Shown: in pieces, positions 1 to 9,115 of the stretch
How the letters are laid out: each line of letters opens with the position of its first letter
How positions within the stretch are numbered: position 1 is the first letter of the stretch
IMG/VR virus record: IMGVR_UViG_3300021978_000181
Location: 1-50,403 of that record
Origin: a virus
Taxonomy: Duplodnaviria > Caudoviricetes
Strand: one strand, 5' to 3'
Length of the DNA: 50,403 nucleotides
The notes under the pieces: model-generated
Databases searched by the model: none
What the model was told of the DNA's origin: nothing
The model's input: only the letters and a program-made list of their open reading frames with translations
Translations under genes and position numbers: made by a program

Positions 1-1308
1 TCAGCCCGCCTCCGACTGCTCGTCGTCGTCGCTCTTACCAACTGGTAAGCCGCCAGTCACTACAACTAGGCCGGACCCCGAAACCGTGTTCGGTGCGAAC
101 AGGCTGCGCTCACAGAGCGAGTCGAGGCGCCTCAGGATCGCATCCGTCGCCAGCATCGCGTTCTGAAGGTAGTCGGGGTCGAAGCTCTCGTAGAAGTCCT
201 CCGTCGTCCTGTGGTGCGGATCCGTGTGGCCGAGCCAGGCGGAACGCTCCTCGCGCTCGACCTTGATGCCGTCCACGCGCCGGACCCGCGTCGCCATGAA
301 GTGGCGGAAGGTGTAGCTGGTCATCGGGCACGACACACCGGCAGCGGTGGCGATTTTTGCCAGCGTTCGGTTGTCGATGCGCTTCACCGGGTAGCCCGCA
401 TAGACGATCGGGCGGTCGAGGTTCCAGTGGATGAGCCAGCCGCGCAGATTGTCCGTGAGCCGGATAGTGGGGCGCACCTTCTTGTTCTGGACGCGGCCGG
501 GCGGGTTCAGGTGCACGAGCGCGCGCTGGAAGTCGGTCTGCGTCTTCACCGAATACTGCAGGACCGCCTCGGGTCGCGCCCACGTGTTGAGTTCCATGAT
601 CGCAAAGCGGAACACGTGCTCGTCGGCTATTGCGTCGAGGAATGCGGCCATCTCCGCATCGGTGGGGATCTCGCTGCGAGGCTGTGACCGGGGGAGCCCG
701 GTGATGCGCGTTACCTCGGCCTCGTTGTCGTTGATGTATGGCGCGGCATCCAGGAGCCTTGCGGTGCGCTCGCGGCCCATCGCGTCTCGCACGAGGCGGT
801 CCTTGGCGGCGAAGCGGCAGCCTGCCTTGATCGAGCTGAGGTAGGTGGAGATCGTCTTGCACGTCAGCTGGTGCTTGTCCCGGCACCACTCCATGAACCC
901 TGCCTGCCGGGCAATACCGAAGTCGGCTACGACGGGGTCGTAGCCCGCTTCGCGCGACTGCTTCAGATATTGCCGCACCAACTTGAACGCGCGCTTGGCG
1001 GCGTTCTTTGAGCGGATGTTGTCGGCGTGGTGCTCAAAATAGAATTTCTCCACCGAGCGCAGCAAGACGTTCTTCGGATCGAGCGGCGCCTCAGGCGGGT
1101 GCGCGAGCGCCAGGTCGACCAGGAACTCCTTGGCCTTCTCTAAGTCGCGTTGGCCGGTTGTCTTGCGCCGAGTGCGCCGTTTCGCTTCGTCGTACCAGTA
1201 GTAGAAGACGAAGTCGGAGCCAGTCTCTCGCCCGAGCCAGAACCCGCGATATTCGAATAGCCGCTGGGCGCTTCTGGTGGACTGTTGAGCGGTTCGTTCC
1301 CTGCGCAT
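1..1308 (-). CDS. int: Tyrosine recombinase / phage integrase
   Basis: Catalytic-type motifs WARPEAVL (R), QNKKVRP (K), YTFRH, LGH, TTEDFY (Y); N-terminal arm-binding-like region. Confidence 0.9.
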   Translation of the reverse strand: MRRERTAQQSTRSAQRLFEYRGFWLGRETGSDFVFYYWYDEAKRRTRRKTTGQRDLEKAKEFLVDLALAHPPEAPLDPKNVLLRSVEKFYFEHHADNIRSKNAAKRAFKLVRQYLKQSREAGYDPVVADFGIARQAGFMEWCRDKHQLTCKTISTYLSSIKAGCRFAAKDRLVRDAMGRERTARLLDAAPYINDNEAEVTRITGLPRSQPRSEIPTDAEMAAFLDAIADEHVFRFAIMELNTWARPEAVLQYSVKTQTDFQRALVHLNPPGRVQNKKVRPTIRLTDNLRGWLIHWNLDRPIVYAGYPVKRIDNRTLAKIATAAGVSCPMTSYTFRHFMATRVRRVDGIKVEREERSAWLGHTDPHHRTTEDFYESFDPDYLQNAMLATDAILRRLDSLCERSLFAPNTVSGSGLVVVTGGLPVGKSDDDEQSEAG

Positions 1309-1508
1309 GGCTGTTTCTCTTGCCGCCTGAAATATGCCGAAATGTGCTCGCGCGTATAGCGCGGGCCCTTGCGTGTCGGTATCCAGCCGATCTCGCCACG
1401 CTGGCGCGCATGGCGCAACTCACGATCAGCGAGATGCTTACCGTACTGCTCGTAGACCTCCTCCTCTGTGAGAAGGTCGTCCGGCGCGATCATCTGGGCT
1501 TCACCCAT
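1140..1508 (-). CDS. xis: Excisionase-like DNA-binding protein overlapping the 5' end of int
   Basis: LLTEEEV...LRHARQRGEIGWIPTRKGPRYTREHISAYF resembles MerR/HTH_17 excisionases; lies directly upstream of int. Confidence 0.65.
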   Translation of the reverse strand: MGEAQMIAPDDLLTEEEVYEQYGKHLADRELRHARQRGEIGWIPTRKGPRYTREHISAYFRRQEKQPCAGNEPLNSPPEAPSGYSNIAGSGSGERLAPTSSSTTGTTKRNGALGARQPANAT

Positions 1509-1752
1509 CCGTCCTCCTTGGCTCGATCTTGAGCTCTGCCATAAGCTTGCGCACGCCTGCCACGGCGTTGTCGGTGGCTCGCCTGCACCCTGGTGTTGCC
1601 GGGTACGTCACGCGCCGCCGGCGGCCGTCCGTCGTCGTGATCCGCGCAAACGGATGCTTCCCGCCGTAGCCGAACTCCACGGCGACGGGATACCGCTCCA
1701 GCTCGGTGCGGACGGCATCGGCGATCTCTGTTTGTCGGGAGGCCATAGTCAT
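1501..1752 (-). CDS. HicA-like small protein
   Basis: GGKHP...VTYPATPGCRRATDN matches the HicA/dsRBD-like G-x-H and TPSD-x-R-x3-N pattern. Confidence 0.5.
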   Translation of the reverse strand: MTMASRQTEIADAVRTELERYPVAVEFGYGGKHPFARITTTDGRRRRVTYPATPGCRRATDNAVAGVRKLMAELKIEPRRTDG

Positions 1753-2444
1753 TTCCCTCCGCCACCAATTCTCTCAAGGAGACGCGCCTTGGCGCTCGGC
1801 CTCGATCTTGGGCTGGTGCCTGGGGCGGCGCGCGGAACAGCCGGGCGCGTGAGCGCCGCACCAGTCGGCCAACCGTTCCTGATGCGCGCGCGCAAGGTGT
1901 TCTCGGCCATGCCAACCTCTCGGGCCCATTGCGTCAGCGTCATTGTCCGGCCGTTGTGGGTTAGAAGCACGTTATCTGAGCGATTGTTCTGTTGCTCGAT
2001 CGGCGTCGCCCAACGACAGTTGCCGGGCTCATAATTGCCATTCGTGTCGTTGCGCTCGATGCTGTGCTTTGGGCTGGGCCTCGGCCCCATATCAGCGAAA
2101 AAGTTCGCAAAGTCGCGCCACCTGTCGCAGACCTTTATCCCGCGGCCGCCATAGCGACGATAGAACTTAACTCGCGGATCGGAGCATCGACGGAGCATGC
2201 TCTCCCAGCATGTCCACTCAGGCGAGCGCGACATTCCGTGAGTGGTTCGCAGTTCTCTGAGCCGCGCTCGCATTGTGCAGCCGCACGATTTGATGCTCCC
2301 GCTGCGCAGGTCGATACCTCGCGCAATTCGCTCAGCGCCGCATTCGCAACGACATCTCCAAGCCGCCGCCCCCCTCACGTTTTCAACCCGCTCGACGACG
2401 GTGAGGCTGTGGAATTTTTGCCCAGCTATGTTTTTCGCCGTCAT
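1749..2444 (-). CDS. HNH-type homing endonuclease
   Basis: WRCRCECG, KSCGC, HGMS, YGGRGIKVCDRW, SIERNDTNGNYEPGNCRWAT; start set at the ATGA overlap 2441-2444. Confidence 0.85.
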   Translation of the reverse strand: MTAKNIAGQKFHSLTVVERVENVRGAAAWRCRCECGAERIARGIDLRSGSIKSCGCTMRARLRELRTTHGMSRSPEWTCWESMLRRCSDPRVKFYRRYGGRGIKVCDRWRDFANFFADMGPRPSPKHSIERNDTNGNYEPGNCRWATPIEQQNNRSDNVLLTHNGRTMTLTQWAREVGMAENTLRARIRNGWPTGAALTRPAVPRAAPGTSPRSRPSAKARLLERIGGGGK

Positions 2445-2884
2445 CGAGCACCCATGGTTCTGTGGGCGGTGACAATGGCCGTCATCGCGGAGCCGTCCTT
2501 GGGGGCCGACCAGAGCGCGGAGGCGAGCTCTTGAACATCCGCAACGCCCCACGAGCGGAACAAAGAAACCTCGCCGCGGCCACCCGCCCTTTCGACCGCG
2601 TCATGACACGTCCTGCATAGCGGCACGGCCCACCGGTCTGTGGCGCGGCGGCCAACGGATCGCTCAGCGCGCGCGGCCCCGGATTTCAAGTGATGAGGAT
2701 CATTCGGGCCTGCGCGTCCGCAGCCACAGCAGATTGTCTTGCGAATGGCGTCGAGGTGCTTTTCGTCGTTCCCCGGGCGCCGCTGCTGCGCAGACCTGCG
2801 ATCGCGCTTCGCGGCCTCGCGCTCTGCGAGCGTCGGGCGAAAGTTCGGTTGCCCGTAGCCGGGCGGGATGAGGCGCGTTGCCAT
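2441..2884 (-). CDS. DUF968/Ref-like zinc-binding HNH nuclease
   Basis: CCGCG...DPHH...D...VPLCRTCH. Confidence 0.7.
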   Translation of the reverse strand: MATRLIPPGYGQPNFRPTLAEREAAKRDRRSAQQRRPGNDEKHLDAIRKTICCGCGRAGPNDPHHLKSGAARAERSVGRRATDRWAVPLCRTCHDAVERAGGRGEVSLFRSWGVADVQELASALWSAPKDGSAMTAIVTAHRTMGAR

Positions 2885-3135
2885 CAGCGTACCCCGTCAA
2901 TGCGCGTGCCCGGAAACTCCCGCAACAGCGCCGACAAGTGAGGCGCTTCGCGGTCCAATCGCGCGATCTCGCGCACGAGCTCGTGCTTGCGCTCCAGCCA
3001 CCCCAGCGTCAGTGCAGCCTGCTGGAGCGCTGCGTACATCTCCGGCCCCGGGGCGCCATCTCCTGTTGCGATGTAGTCGAGGTAGCCCTCAACGGCTTCG
3101 CGCTGCTCTGTGATGGTGAAGGGAGGGATGGTCAT
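2884..3135 (-). CDS. Hypothetical protein
   Basis: MTIPPF... start coupled to upstream stop (ATGA). Confidence 0.6.
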   Translation of the reverse strand: MTIPPFTITEQREAVEGYLDYIATGDGAPGPEMYAALQQAALTLGWLERKHELVREIARLDREAPHLSALLREFPGTRIDGVR

Positions 3136-3362
3136 GCGCCGTCCCTTTCGTAAATCGCCTGCCGCAGGTAGACGCACAGATCGAGCGCTTCCGCGTAGGC
3201 GTCCTTGAGTGCGTCGCGGCCGTTGTGGGGCTGCAGCGGCGTGCCGTACCGCTCGCGGCCAACGCCGTCGCGCTCTTGCATATCCGCGAGCACGAGATCC
3301 CAGCAAGACGGGCGATCGTTGGGGATGGGGGCTGGCTGGTCGATGCTGGTCTTGATGCTCAT
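3132..3362 (-). CDS. Small all-alpha MazG/dNTP-pyrophosphatase-like protein
   Basis: ERDGVGRERYGTPL...DAYAEALDLCVYL, an acidic E-x-x-D helix pattern. Confidence 0.45.
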   Translation of the reverse strand: MSIKTSIDQPAPIPNDRPSCWDLVLADMQERDGVGRERYGTPLQPHNGRDALKDAYAEALDLCVYLRQAIYERDGA

Positions 3363-3589
3363 GCCGCCGCATCTCCCTTGCTCTCATCCTCCGCAGGCGC
3401 CAGCCCCTTGATCGGTTTCGTGTCGAATGGCGGCGGCTCGGCGACGATCTCGGCGACGATGATTTTCGCCTCGCCGTTCTTGCCGTCTACGACGACGCGA
3501 TCTCCGACTGAGAATGGCTCGCCGTCGTTGTGGTAGGTGTAGCGGCGACCGCCGGGGGTGAATTCGCAGGCTAGGTATTGGCGTGTCAT
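3359..3589 (-). CDS. Hypothetical phage protein
   Basis: MTRQYLACEF...RYTY...VGDRVVV; ATGA overlaps on both sides. Confidence 0.65.
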   Translation of the reverse strand: MTRQYLACEFTPGGRRYTYHNDGEPFSVGDRVVVDGKNGEAKIIVAEIVAEPPPFDTKPIKGLAPAEDESKGDAAA

Positions 3590-4125
3590 GGGGTTGTTGC
3601 CTCCTCTTTGGCTGGCTGGGGTGTTCCGGCAAGGCCGTCGCGCCAGCATGAGTCGTCGGGCCGACGATCGCATCTGCCGTCAGCAAGGCGCACGTGCCCG
3701 CACTCGCAGATGGTGCGGCGCGGTTCGTCGAGAAACTTGACGATGCGACGATGGCTCATCGCTCTGCGGAACCGGTAAATGTCGACCTTCTCCGCATCCG
3801 CCTCGTGATCCTCGATAGCGGCGAGCAGAGCGTCTCGATCGACCACGCAAGAGAACTTGTCGTCCTTTGAACTTGTGATGGTCGCTGGGAGGTCGACGCG
3901 GATGATCTCAAATTCAGGGCTGTATGCGTGTTCGCGGTCCGAAAGTGCGGCAATGGGGTGGCTGATGGTGATGCGCGTGCCGGGAGAAAGCGCCAGCCTG
4001 AGGCGCCCGCAGTTAAAGGTTGCGGATCGCAGCCCGAGGCCAGATACGCGCTTGCGGAAGTCGTCGCGCTGCTCGCACCCGCTGCGGAGCGGGCATCCCG
4101 TGCACGGTTTGAGATAGACGCTCAT
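3586..4125 (-). CDS. Hypothetical Cys-rich protein
   Basis: Coupled ORF with CxxC and CxCGH motifs. Confidence 0.6.
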   Translation of the reverse strand: MSVYLKPCTGCPLRSGCEQRDDFRKRVSGLGLRSATFNCGRLRLALSPGTRITISHPIAALSDREHAYSPEFEIIRVDLPATITSSKDDKFSCVVDRDALLAAIEDHEADAEKVDIYRFRRAMSHRRIVKFLDEPRRTICECGHVRLADGRCDRRPDDSCWRDGLAGTPQPAKEEATTP

Positions 4126-4697
4126 GCTGCCCTCGCTGCTGCTTCTTGCGCCTTGCGCGCCTTGTACGCGGCAATCAAATCATCGACCTTGATGCCCGTG
4201 ATCGCTTCGATTTCCTCGAAAACTGCGTGCTCAATCTCGCGAAATTTCACCTCGTCGACGTCGACCTGATTGAGCGATCTCGCGATGAACACGCGCATGG
4301 CGGGCTCGCCATCAATGCGGCCTTCGCGGATGAATGGATGCTCGCCCTTGACCCTGAGGCGCGTCAGCATGTTGTCGACGAACTCCATGATGCGCTGCTG
4401 CATCTTCAGGTCGGTCGAGAGCGGTACGTCGATTTTTTCGCACCACCCGACACGGCAAAGCAGGAACGCGCGCAGCACCTCTGGATCACCGTCCGGGTTC
4501 GGGTCGGCGCCATGTGGCCAGTGGTCAACGACGTCGGCCAAAACGCCGAACAGCAGATTGTGCGTCTGCGGCAAGCGGGGCACCGGCACGTTGACGCTCA
4601 GCGGCCGGCGCTCGGGGATTTTCCTGATTTCCGCTTCCGCCTCAGCGTCGGCGGGCAGGACGGCGCGCCCCACGCGGATGCCCTTGAATTTAGGCAC
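4122..4697 (-). CDS. DUF1367/NinB-like protein
   Basis: THNLLFGVL...EVLRAFLLCRVGW...RSLNQVDVDEVKF. Confidence 0.5.
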   Translation of the reverse strand: MPKFKGIRVGRAVLPADAEAEAEIRKIPERRPLSVNVPVPRLPQTHNLLFGVLADVVDHWPHGADPNPDGDPEVLRAFLLCRVGWCEKIDVPLSTDLKMQQRIMEFVDNMLTRLRVKGEHPFIREGRIDGEPAMRVFIARSLNQVDVDEVKFREIEHAVFEEIEAITGIKVDDLIAAYKARKAQEAAARAA

Positions 4698-5010
4698 TTG
4701 CCATCTCCATCAGCCTCACCACCAACCCCCGCGCATGCGCCCAGCGTTGATGTTCTGCCTCTGTGTGCCGCCGTGATTTCTGGTCCCGCAGCAGTGCCAA
4801 CAGGTTTGTCAGCTCGATCTTCATGTCGGTGGAGATCGTCATCTCCGGCGCAGGTAGAAGCCGCTCAAGGCGTGCGCGCAGCTGCGGCTCGGTTCCGCGC
4901 TCGATCAGGTCTTGCGTGTGCACCTCCCACGCATCCAGCAATCGGTTGATCGGGTCGAAGCGCTCGACGTTCGGTTCGTCGATGCGGCGGGCTGCGGCTG
5001 AGCGTGTCAC
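4690..5010 (-). CDS. Hypothetical protein
   Basis: Tightly packed ORF in the early-left operon. Confidence 0.55.
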   Translation of the reverse strand: MTRSAAARRIDEPNVERFDPINRLLDAWEVHTQDLIERGTEPQLRARLERLLPAPEMTISTDMKIELTNLLALLRDQKSRRHTEAEHQRWAHARGLVVRLMEMASA

Positions 5011-5429
5011 TTCCCACCCCCTTTCGCTGGGGCGGCGCGGGTTCTGCTGAGGTCGCTCTCTATGGCTTGGATGAGGGCGCGGAGACAGCAGTCGACGAAG
5101 GCGAGGCAGGATTCTCCGTCGAGGCCGCGATTGGGCTCAGTCGCTTTTTCCGTTCGCTCCAACAGCGATTTTAGGACGGAAACACCCGGCTCTTGTGTCG
5201 CATCGATCGTCGTTTCCGTTATGTGACGCGGCGTCGGCATGTAGTCGTGGCTGTCGTACATCTCCTCTGACGCATCCGGCGTAGGCTGCCCCCTGGCGTC
5301 TTCGCGCATTGCCTCTGCGACGCGGGCGTGGGCCCGCTTACAGGCTCGCCCTGCTGCGCTCGGATCAAGATCCTTGATTGCCTCATACACCCTGTGGGTG
5401 GCCTCGATCTCGGCATCGGTCCCAGTCAT
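5007..5429 (-). CDS. Hypothetical protein
   Basis: Coupled ORF (overlapping start/stop codons). Confidence 0.55.
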   Translation of the reverse strand: MTGTDAEIEATHRVYEAIKDLDPSAAGRACKRAHARVAEAMREDARGQPTPDASEEMYDSHDYMPTPRHITETTIDATQEPGVSVLKSLLERTEKATEPNRGLDGESCLAFVDCCLRALIQAIESDLSRTRAAPAKGGGK

Positions 5430-6595
5430 GCTGCATCTCCGTCGATGGGGTGGTCGAAGATCGAGCCCATGGGCGTTTCGGGCTCGGCGTCAGCCGGCGC
5501 GATCGTCTGCACGGGATCGACGTAGCTCGGGATCGGCCCGCGCGATTTCGCGAGGCGCTCCCCTGCAATGCGGACGTATTCGGGATTGATCTCAATCAGG
5601 ATGGAGTCGCGCTGTAGATACTCGGCGACAACCGCGACGGTGCCGGCGCCCCCAAAGGGATCGAGAACCGTGCCGTCAATAGGACACCCGGCCTTGATGC
5701 AGATCTCCGGCAGCGCCGGCGGGAAGGTGGCGAAGTGCGCCTCTGGGAATGGCGCCGTAGCAATCGTCCAAACCGAACGCTTGTTGCGCGACAGCGTCTC
5801 GTTGGCGACGTTGCCGGTTGACGTGCGCTTGCCGGGTTCCCCGCCGACGTAGGAGCCGCCACGGAAGCCGTTGGCGTTCCCCTTTTTGCCGATCTTGGTG
5901 TCCCATCGGTCCTGAAAGCCAATCTTGCGCCGGTCAGGTGAAGCATCGTTCTTGCGTTGGCGCACCTCGTCATCGCGCCGCGTGTATCCCTGGCCATAAG
6001 GGCTCGCCTGGCTCTCTGGCGAGTTTGGCCCTATGTATTCCGCCCGCTCTTTGATCGCTTCCGCATCGTAGAAATACCGCGCCGACTTGGTGAGCAGAAA
6101 CACGTACTCGTGCGCCTTGGTCGGTCGATCCTTTATGCTCTCCGGCATCGGGTTTGGCTTCGCCCAAACGATGTCGGCGCGCACCCACCAGCCGTCCTCC
6201 TGTAGCGCAATGGCGAGGCGGTGCGGGGCCATGCAGAGGTCTTTGGGCTTCAGCGGCCCGCCAATCGTAGAGAACGGCTTGTCGCGGAACGCGCGATCAT
6301 CGTTGCCCTTGAGCTTGGTATCGTGGGCAGAGCGCCCGTTCACGGAGGCGGCGTAGCAATCGCCGTAGTTAAGCCAGACGGTGCCGTCCTTCCTGAGAAC
6401 GCGGCGGACCTCGCGAAAAACGGCAACCAACCGCTCAATGTGTTCGTCGAGGGTGGGCTCAAGGCCGATCTGCCCCTCTGCGTCGTAGTCCCGCAGCCCC
6501 CAATACGGTGGACTGGTCACGACGCAGTGGACGGACTCGTCGGGCAGGCACCCAAGCCCCGCCATCACATCGCAATTGAGGATGCGCACGGTCAT
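5426..6595 (-). CDS. Beta-class N4-cytosine/N6-adenine DNA methyltransferase
   Basis: Motif IV TSPPY precedes motif I VLDPFGGAGT; WAKPNPMPES and HFATFP also present. Confidence 0.92.
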   Translation of the reverse strand: MTVRILNCDVMAGLGCLPDESVHCVVTSPPYWGLRDYDAEGQIGLEPTLDEHIERLVAVFREVRRVLRKDGTVWLNYGDCYAASVNGRSAHDTKLKGNDDRAFRDKPFSTIGGPLKPKDLCMAPHRLAIALQEDGWWVRADIVWAKPNPMPESIKDRPTKAHEYVFLLTKSARYFYDAEAIKERAEYIGPNSPESQASPYGQGYTRRDDEVRQRKNDASPDRRKIGFQDRWDTKIGKKGNANGFRGGSYVGGEPGKRTSTGNVANETLSRNKRSVWTIATAPFPEAHFATFPPALPEICIKAGCPIDGTVLDPFGGAGTVAVVAEYLQRDSILIEINPEYVRIAGERLAKSRGPIPSYVDPVQTIAPADAEPETPMGSIFDHPIDGDAA

Positions 6596-7275
6596 CTTGG
6601 CGCCTCGTGCAGGTGCGCCCAGCAATATCGGCCTTGGGCGATGTTCTGGATCGTTCCGCGATGAACCCCGAACTCCGCAGCCAGATCCTTTTGCATCTCG
6701 CCGGCTGCGAGGCGCCTGATAATCTCGCGGCCCTGCTCATCAGTGAGCTTGCGGGACGCCTCGCTGATCTTCGCGCCCCACGTGATCTCCCGGCCAACCA
6801 TCTGCTGACGCATCCGATCCCGCCGAGCGTCGGTCCAGCGTCGTGTCTTGCTTTGGGCGCCGATCTTGCGCTTCGTTTCGGCGCTGTGCTTGCGGCCGAT
6901 CCATGCTGTCCGGATCCGCGCGAGGCCCTCTGCCGACAGGTCGCGCACGCCGTCGCCCCCGGAGGTGCCGTTTGTCAGGGGCCAGCCCTGACGCTTCGCG
7001 TGCGCGATCCAGTAGCGCTCTGCCTCCTGCCAAGGCCACGCGCCCTCGATCTCCTCCAGAACAACAACCCTCGGCTCCAGGCCCTTCGCTTTGAGGCCCT
7101 GTATCCAGCTTGCGCGATGGCAGCGTGACTTATCGTTTAGGTGGCCGCAAACACGTGCCCGCAACTTCGTCGTCTTTCCGACATATCGAATGTCGTTAGT
7201 CTCGGGATCCACGAGGCCGTAGATGTAAACGCGCGGCGAGAGCGCCGGCGTTTCGAATGAGGCGTCGAGGCTCAT
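6592..7275 (-). CDS. GIY-YIG homing endonuclease with NUMOD3 repeats and C-terminal HTH
   Basis: YIYGL...RYVGKT...R...E...N; GRKHSAETKRKIG; QKDLAAEFGVHRGTI. Confidence 0.85.
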   Translation of the reverse strand: MSLDASFETPALSPRVYIYGLVDPETNDIRYVGKTTKLRARVCGHLNDKSRCHRASWIQGLKAKGLEPRVVVLEEIEGAWPWQEAERYWIAHAKRQGWPLTNGTSGGDGVRDLSAEGLARIRTAWIGRKHSAETKRKIGAQSKTRRWTDARRDRMRQQMVGREITWGAKISEASRKLTDEQGREIIRRLAAGEMQKDLAAEFGVHRGTIQNIAQGRYCWAHLHEAPR

Positions 7276-7589
7276 GCCGCCACCTCGATCGCCCTCGGCT
7301 CAGAAAGGAACCTTTCGAGGCGCATCACATAGTCGGCCTCCTCTCGGTCCATGCGCTCGCCGTCACGAAGGACAGCAACGACGCCAGCGAGGCGAACGGA
7401 GAACATTGGCAATTCGTCGCTGTCATCGACGCGCGATTGTTCGTGTGCCAGCCCCCGCGCGACCAAGTTACGCCACACCTCGGCGGCTGACGGCCCCGCA
7501 ATGTATTTGTTGCGATACCCAACCTTGCGATTGGTCAGGCCCAAGGCATGGCGCATCATGTGGCGCTCTCGGTCGGTGAGGGCGGTCAT
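7272..7589 (-). CDS. Hypothetical phage protein
   Basis: MRHALGL...YRNKY...WRNLVARGLA; coupled ORF. Confidence 0.65.
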   Translation of the reverse strand: MTALTDRERHMMRHALGLTNRKVGYRNKYIAGPSAAEVWRNLVARGLAHEQSRVDDSDELPMFSVRLAGVVAVLRDGERMDREEADYVMRLERFLSEPRAIEVAA

Positions 7590-7951
7590 GGGGCAAGCCC
7601 CTCCTGACTAACAACGGTTGCTGCGCGCGTGCGCCAGCATCCGTCGAGACGATCAAGGATGCGCTCGAGCTCCTCGCGGGCGGCATCCGAATTGCCGGCC
7701 TTCAAGAGGCTGCGGGCCCGCGCGAGATCGTTGATCTCGTCCTCTTGAAGCGGGTTGGCCCTGGCCTCCTCAAGCTCGTCTTCAAGCTCGTCTGCCTCGT
7801 CCCGGAGGCGGTCGATTGTCTTTTGGGCCTGCTTGTTCGCCTCGATCAGCGCGTCGTGCGCCTTGGTGATGTTGGCGAGCTTCGCCTTCAGGTCGGCGAT
7901 CTCTTGCGCCGCATCGACGTCTGGTGCGCGTGGGGCTGTCGTGCCCTGCAT
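7586..7951 (-). CDS. Hypothetical coiled-coil protein
   Basis: Heptad-rich sequence; upstream GGGGAG RBS. Confidence 0.6.
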   Translation of the reverse strand: MQGTTAPRAPDVDAAQEIADLKAKLANITKAHDALIEANKQAQKTIDRLRDEADELEDELEEARANPLQEDEINDLARARSLLKAGNSDAAREELERILDRLDGCWRTRAATVVSQEGLAP

Positions 7952-7996
7952 GGGTATCTCCCCCGGTTGATACGCAGCACGCGGTTGGCGGTCGCC

Positions 7997-9115
7997 CTAC
8001 TTCCTAAGCATGGGCATGATGATCTGGCGGTACGCCGGAAGCTCTTTTGACCAGAGCAGCGTTGGATGGCCGGGCCCGGCCGACTGAACCTCAATCGGAA
8101 CGTCGGGCCAGAGCTTGAGCATTTGCGTGAGATAGGCGGCGTTCATGCCGAGCTCGTCACCGCGCTCGTGCACGTCGGCATCGACGATCTCGTTCGCTTC
8201 CTCGTGACCCTTGGTTCCGGCGATGACACTGAGGCCGGACAGGCCCGGGACCAGCCCGACGGCCGGCGTCTTCTGGTTAGCGCCCGTGCAGACGATGATT
8301 GCGCGCTCGACGGCCTCCGACAGCCCGTCGCGTCGCACCGTCATCAGTGCGCCGTTCGGCTCCGGCATCACGCGGCGATAGGCGGGATACTTGCCCTCAA
8401 GGATGCCTGTCGACAGCTCGGCGTCGGCGCCCCTCAGGACAACCCGCGCGTCTCCGATCGTGAGCGTCGCGTCTCCGTCGACGTTGCCCAGGATGGCGAT
8501 CATCTCATTGACCGCCGCTGCCGGGATGGTGACGGCGAAAGCGTCCTCCAGCCCTGCCGGCGCCGCCATCTCGCGATATGCGAGGCGGTGGTCGTCGGTT
8601 GCGACAGCGGCGATCAGAAGCTCCCCGCGCTCGACCGTGTGCAGGTAGACGCCGCGGTGATACCAGTGTGTTGCAGAGTTCGCGGTTGCCGGGACGGTTG
8701 CCTCAAGAATGGACTTCAGGTCGGCCGCAGGCACATCGAAGGTAAGCCCCTCGCCGACTTCCGCGACCGGGAACGTGTCGACCGGCAACGTGCTGAGCCG
8801 GTAAACGGAGCGACCGGCGGTGAGGGTTGCGATTGATCCGCCGAGCTCAATAGTAGCCGAGACCTGCTTCGGCAGCCGTCGCGTCAGGCCGTGCAGAATA
8901 TCGCCCGGCAGCGCGATGGAGCCCTCAGCCTGCACATCCGCCGACGCTGAGGCCTCAGCCTCCATGTCGATGCACGTGGCGCGAACCGTCACCCTGCCCG
9001 CGCTTGCGTCGACGCGGACGTGCTGCAGTATCGGCATCGTGGTGCGCGGCAGGATGCAGCCCTTGACGGCTCCAACGATGCGGGCAAGCTCGCCGGCGTC
9101 GAGTGAGAATTTCAC
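7997..9115 (-). CDS. dnaN: DNA polymerase III beta sliding clamp
   Basis: 372 aa; TTMPIL, GVYLH, VATDDHRLA, GKYPAYRRVMP, GMNAAYL, IIMPM. Confidence 0.92.
   Translation of the reverse strand: MKFSLDAGELARIVGAVKGCILPRTTMPILQHVRVDASAGRVTVRATCIDMEAEASASADVQAEGSIALPGDILHGLTRRLPKQVSATIELGGSIATLTAGRSVYRLSTLPVDTFPVAEVGEGLTFDVPAADLKSILEATVPATANSATHWYHRGVYLHTVERGELLIAAVATDDHRLAYREMAAPAGLEDAFAVTIPAAAVNEMIAILGNVDGDATLTIGDARVVLRGADAELSTGILEGKYPAYRRVMPEPNGALMTVRRDGLSEAVERAIIVCTGANQKTPAVGLVPGLSGLSVIAGTKGHEEANEIVDADVHERGDELGMNAAYLTQMLKLWPDVPIEVQSAGPGHPTLLWSKELPAYRQIIMPMLRK

Noticed and set aside
1-60. attL/attR direct repeats at the window ends
   Set aside because: The window starts and ends exactly at gene boundaries; no matching terminal repeat seen
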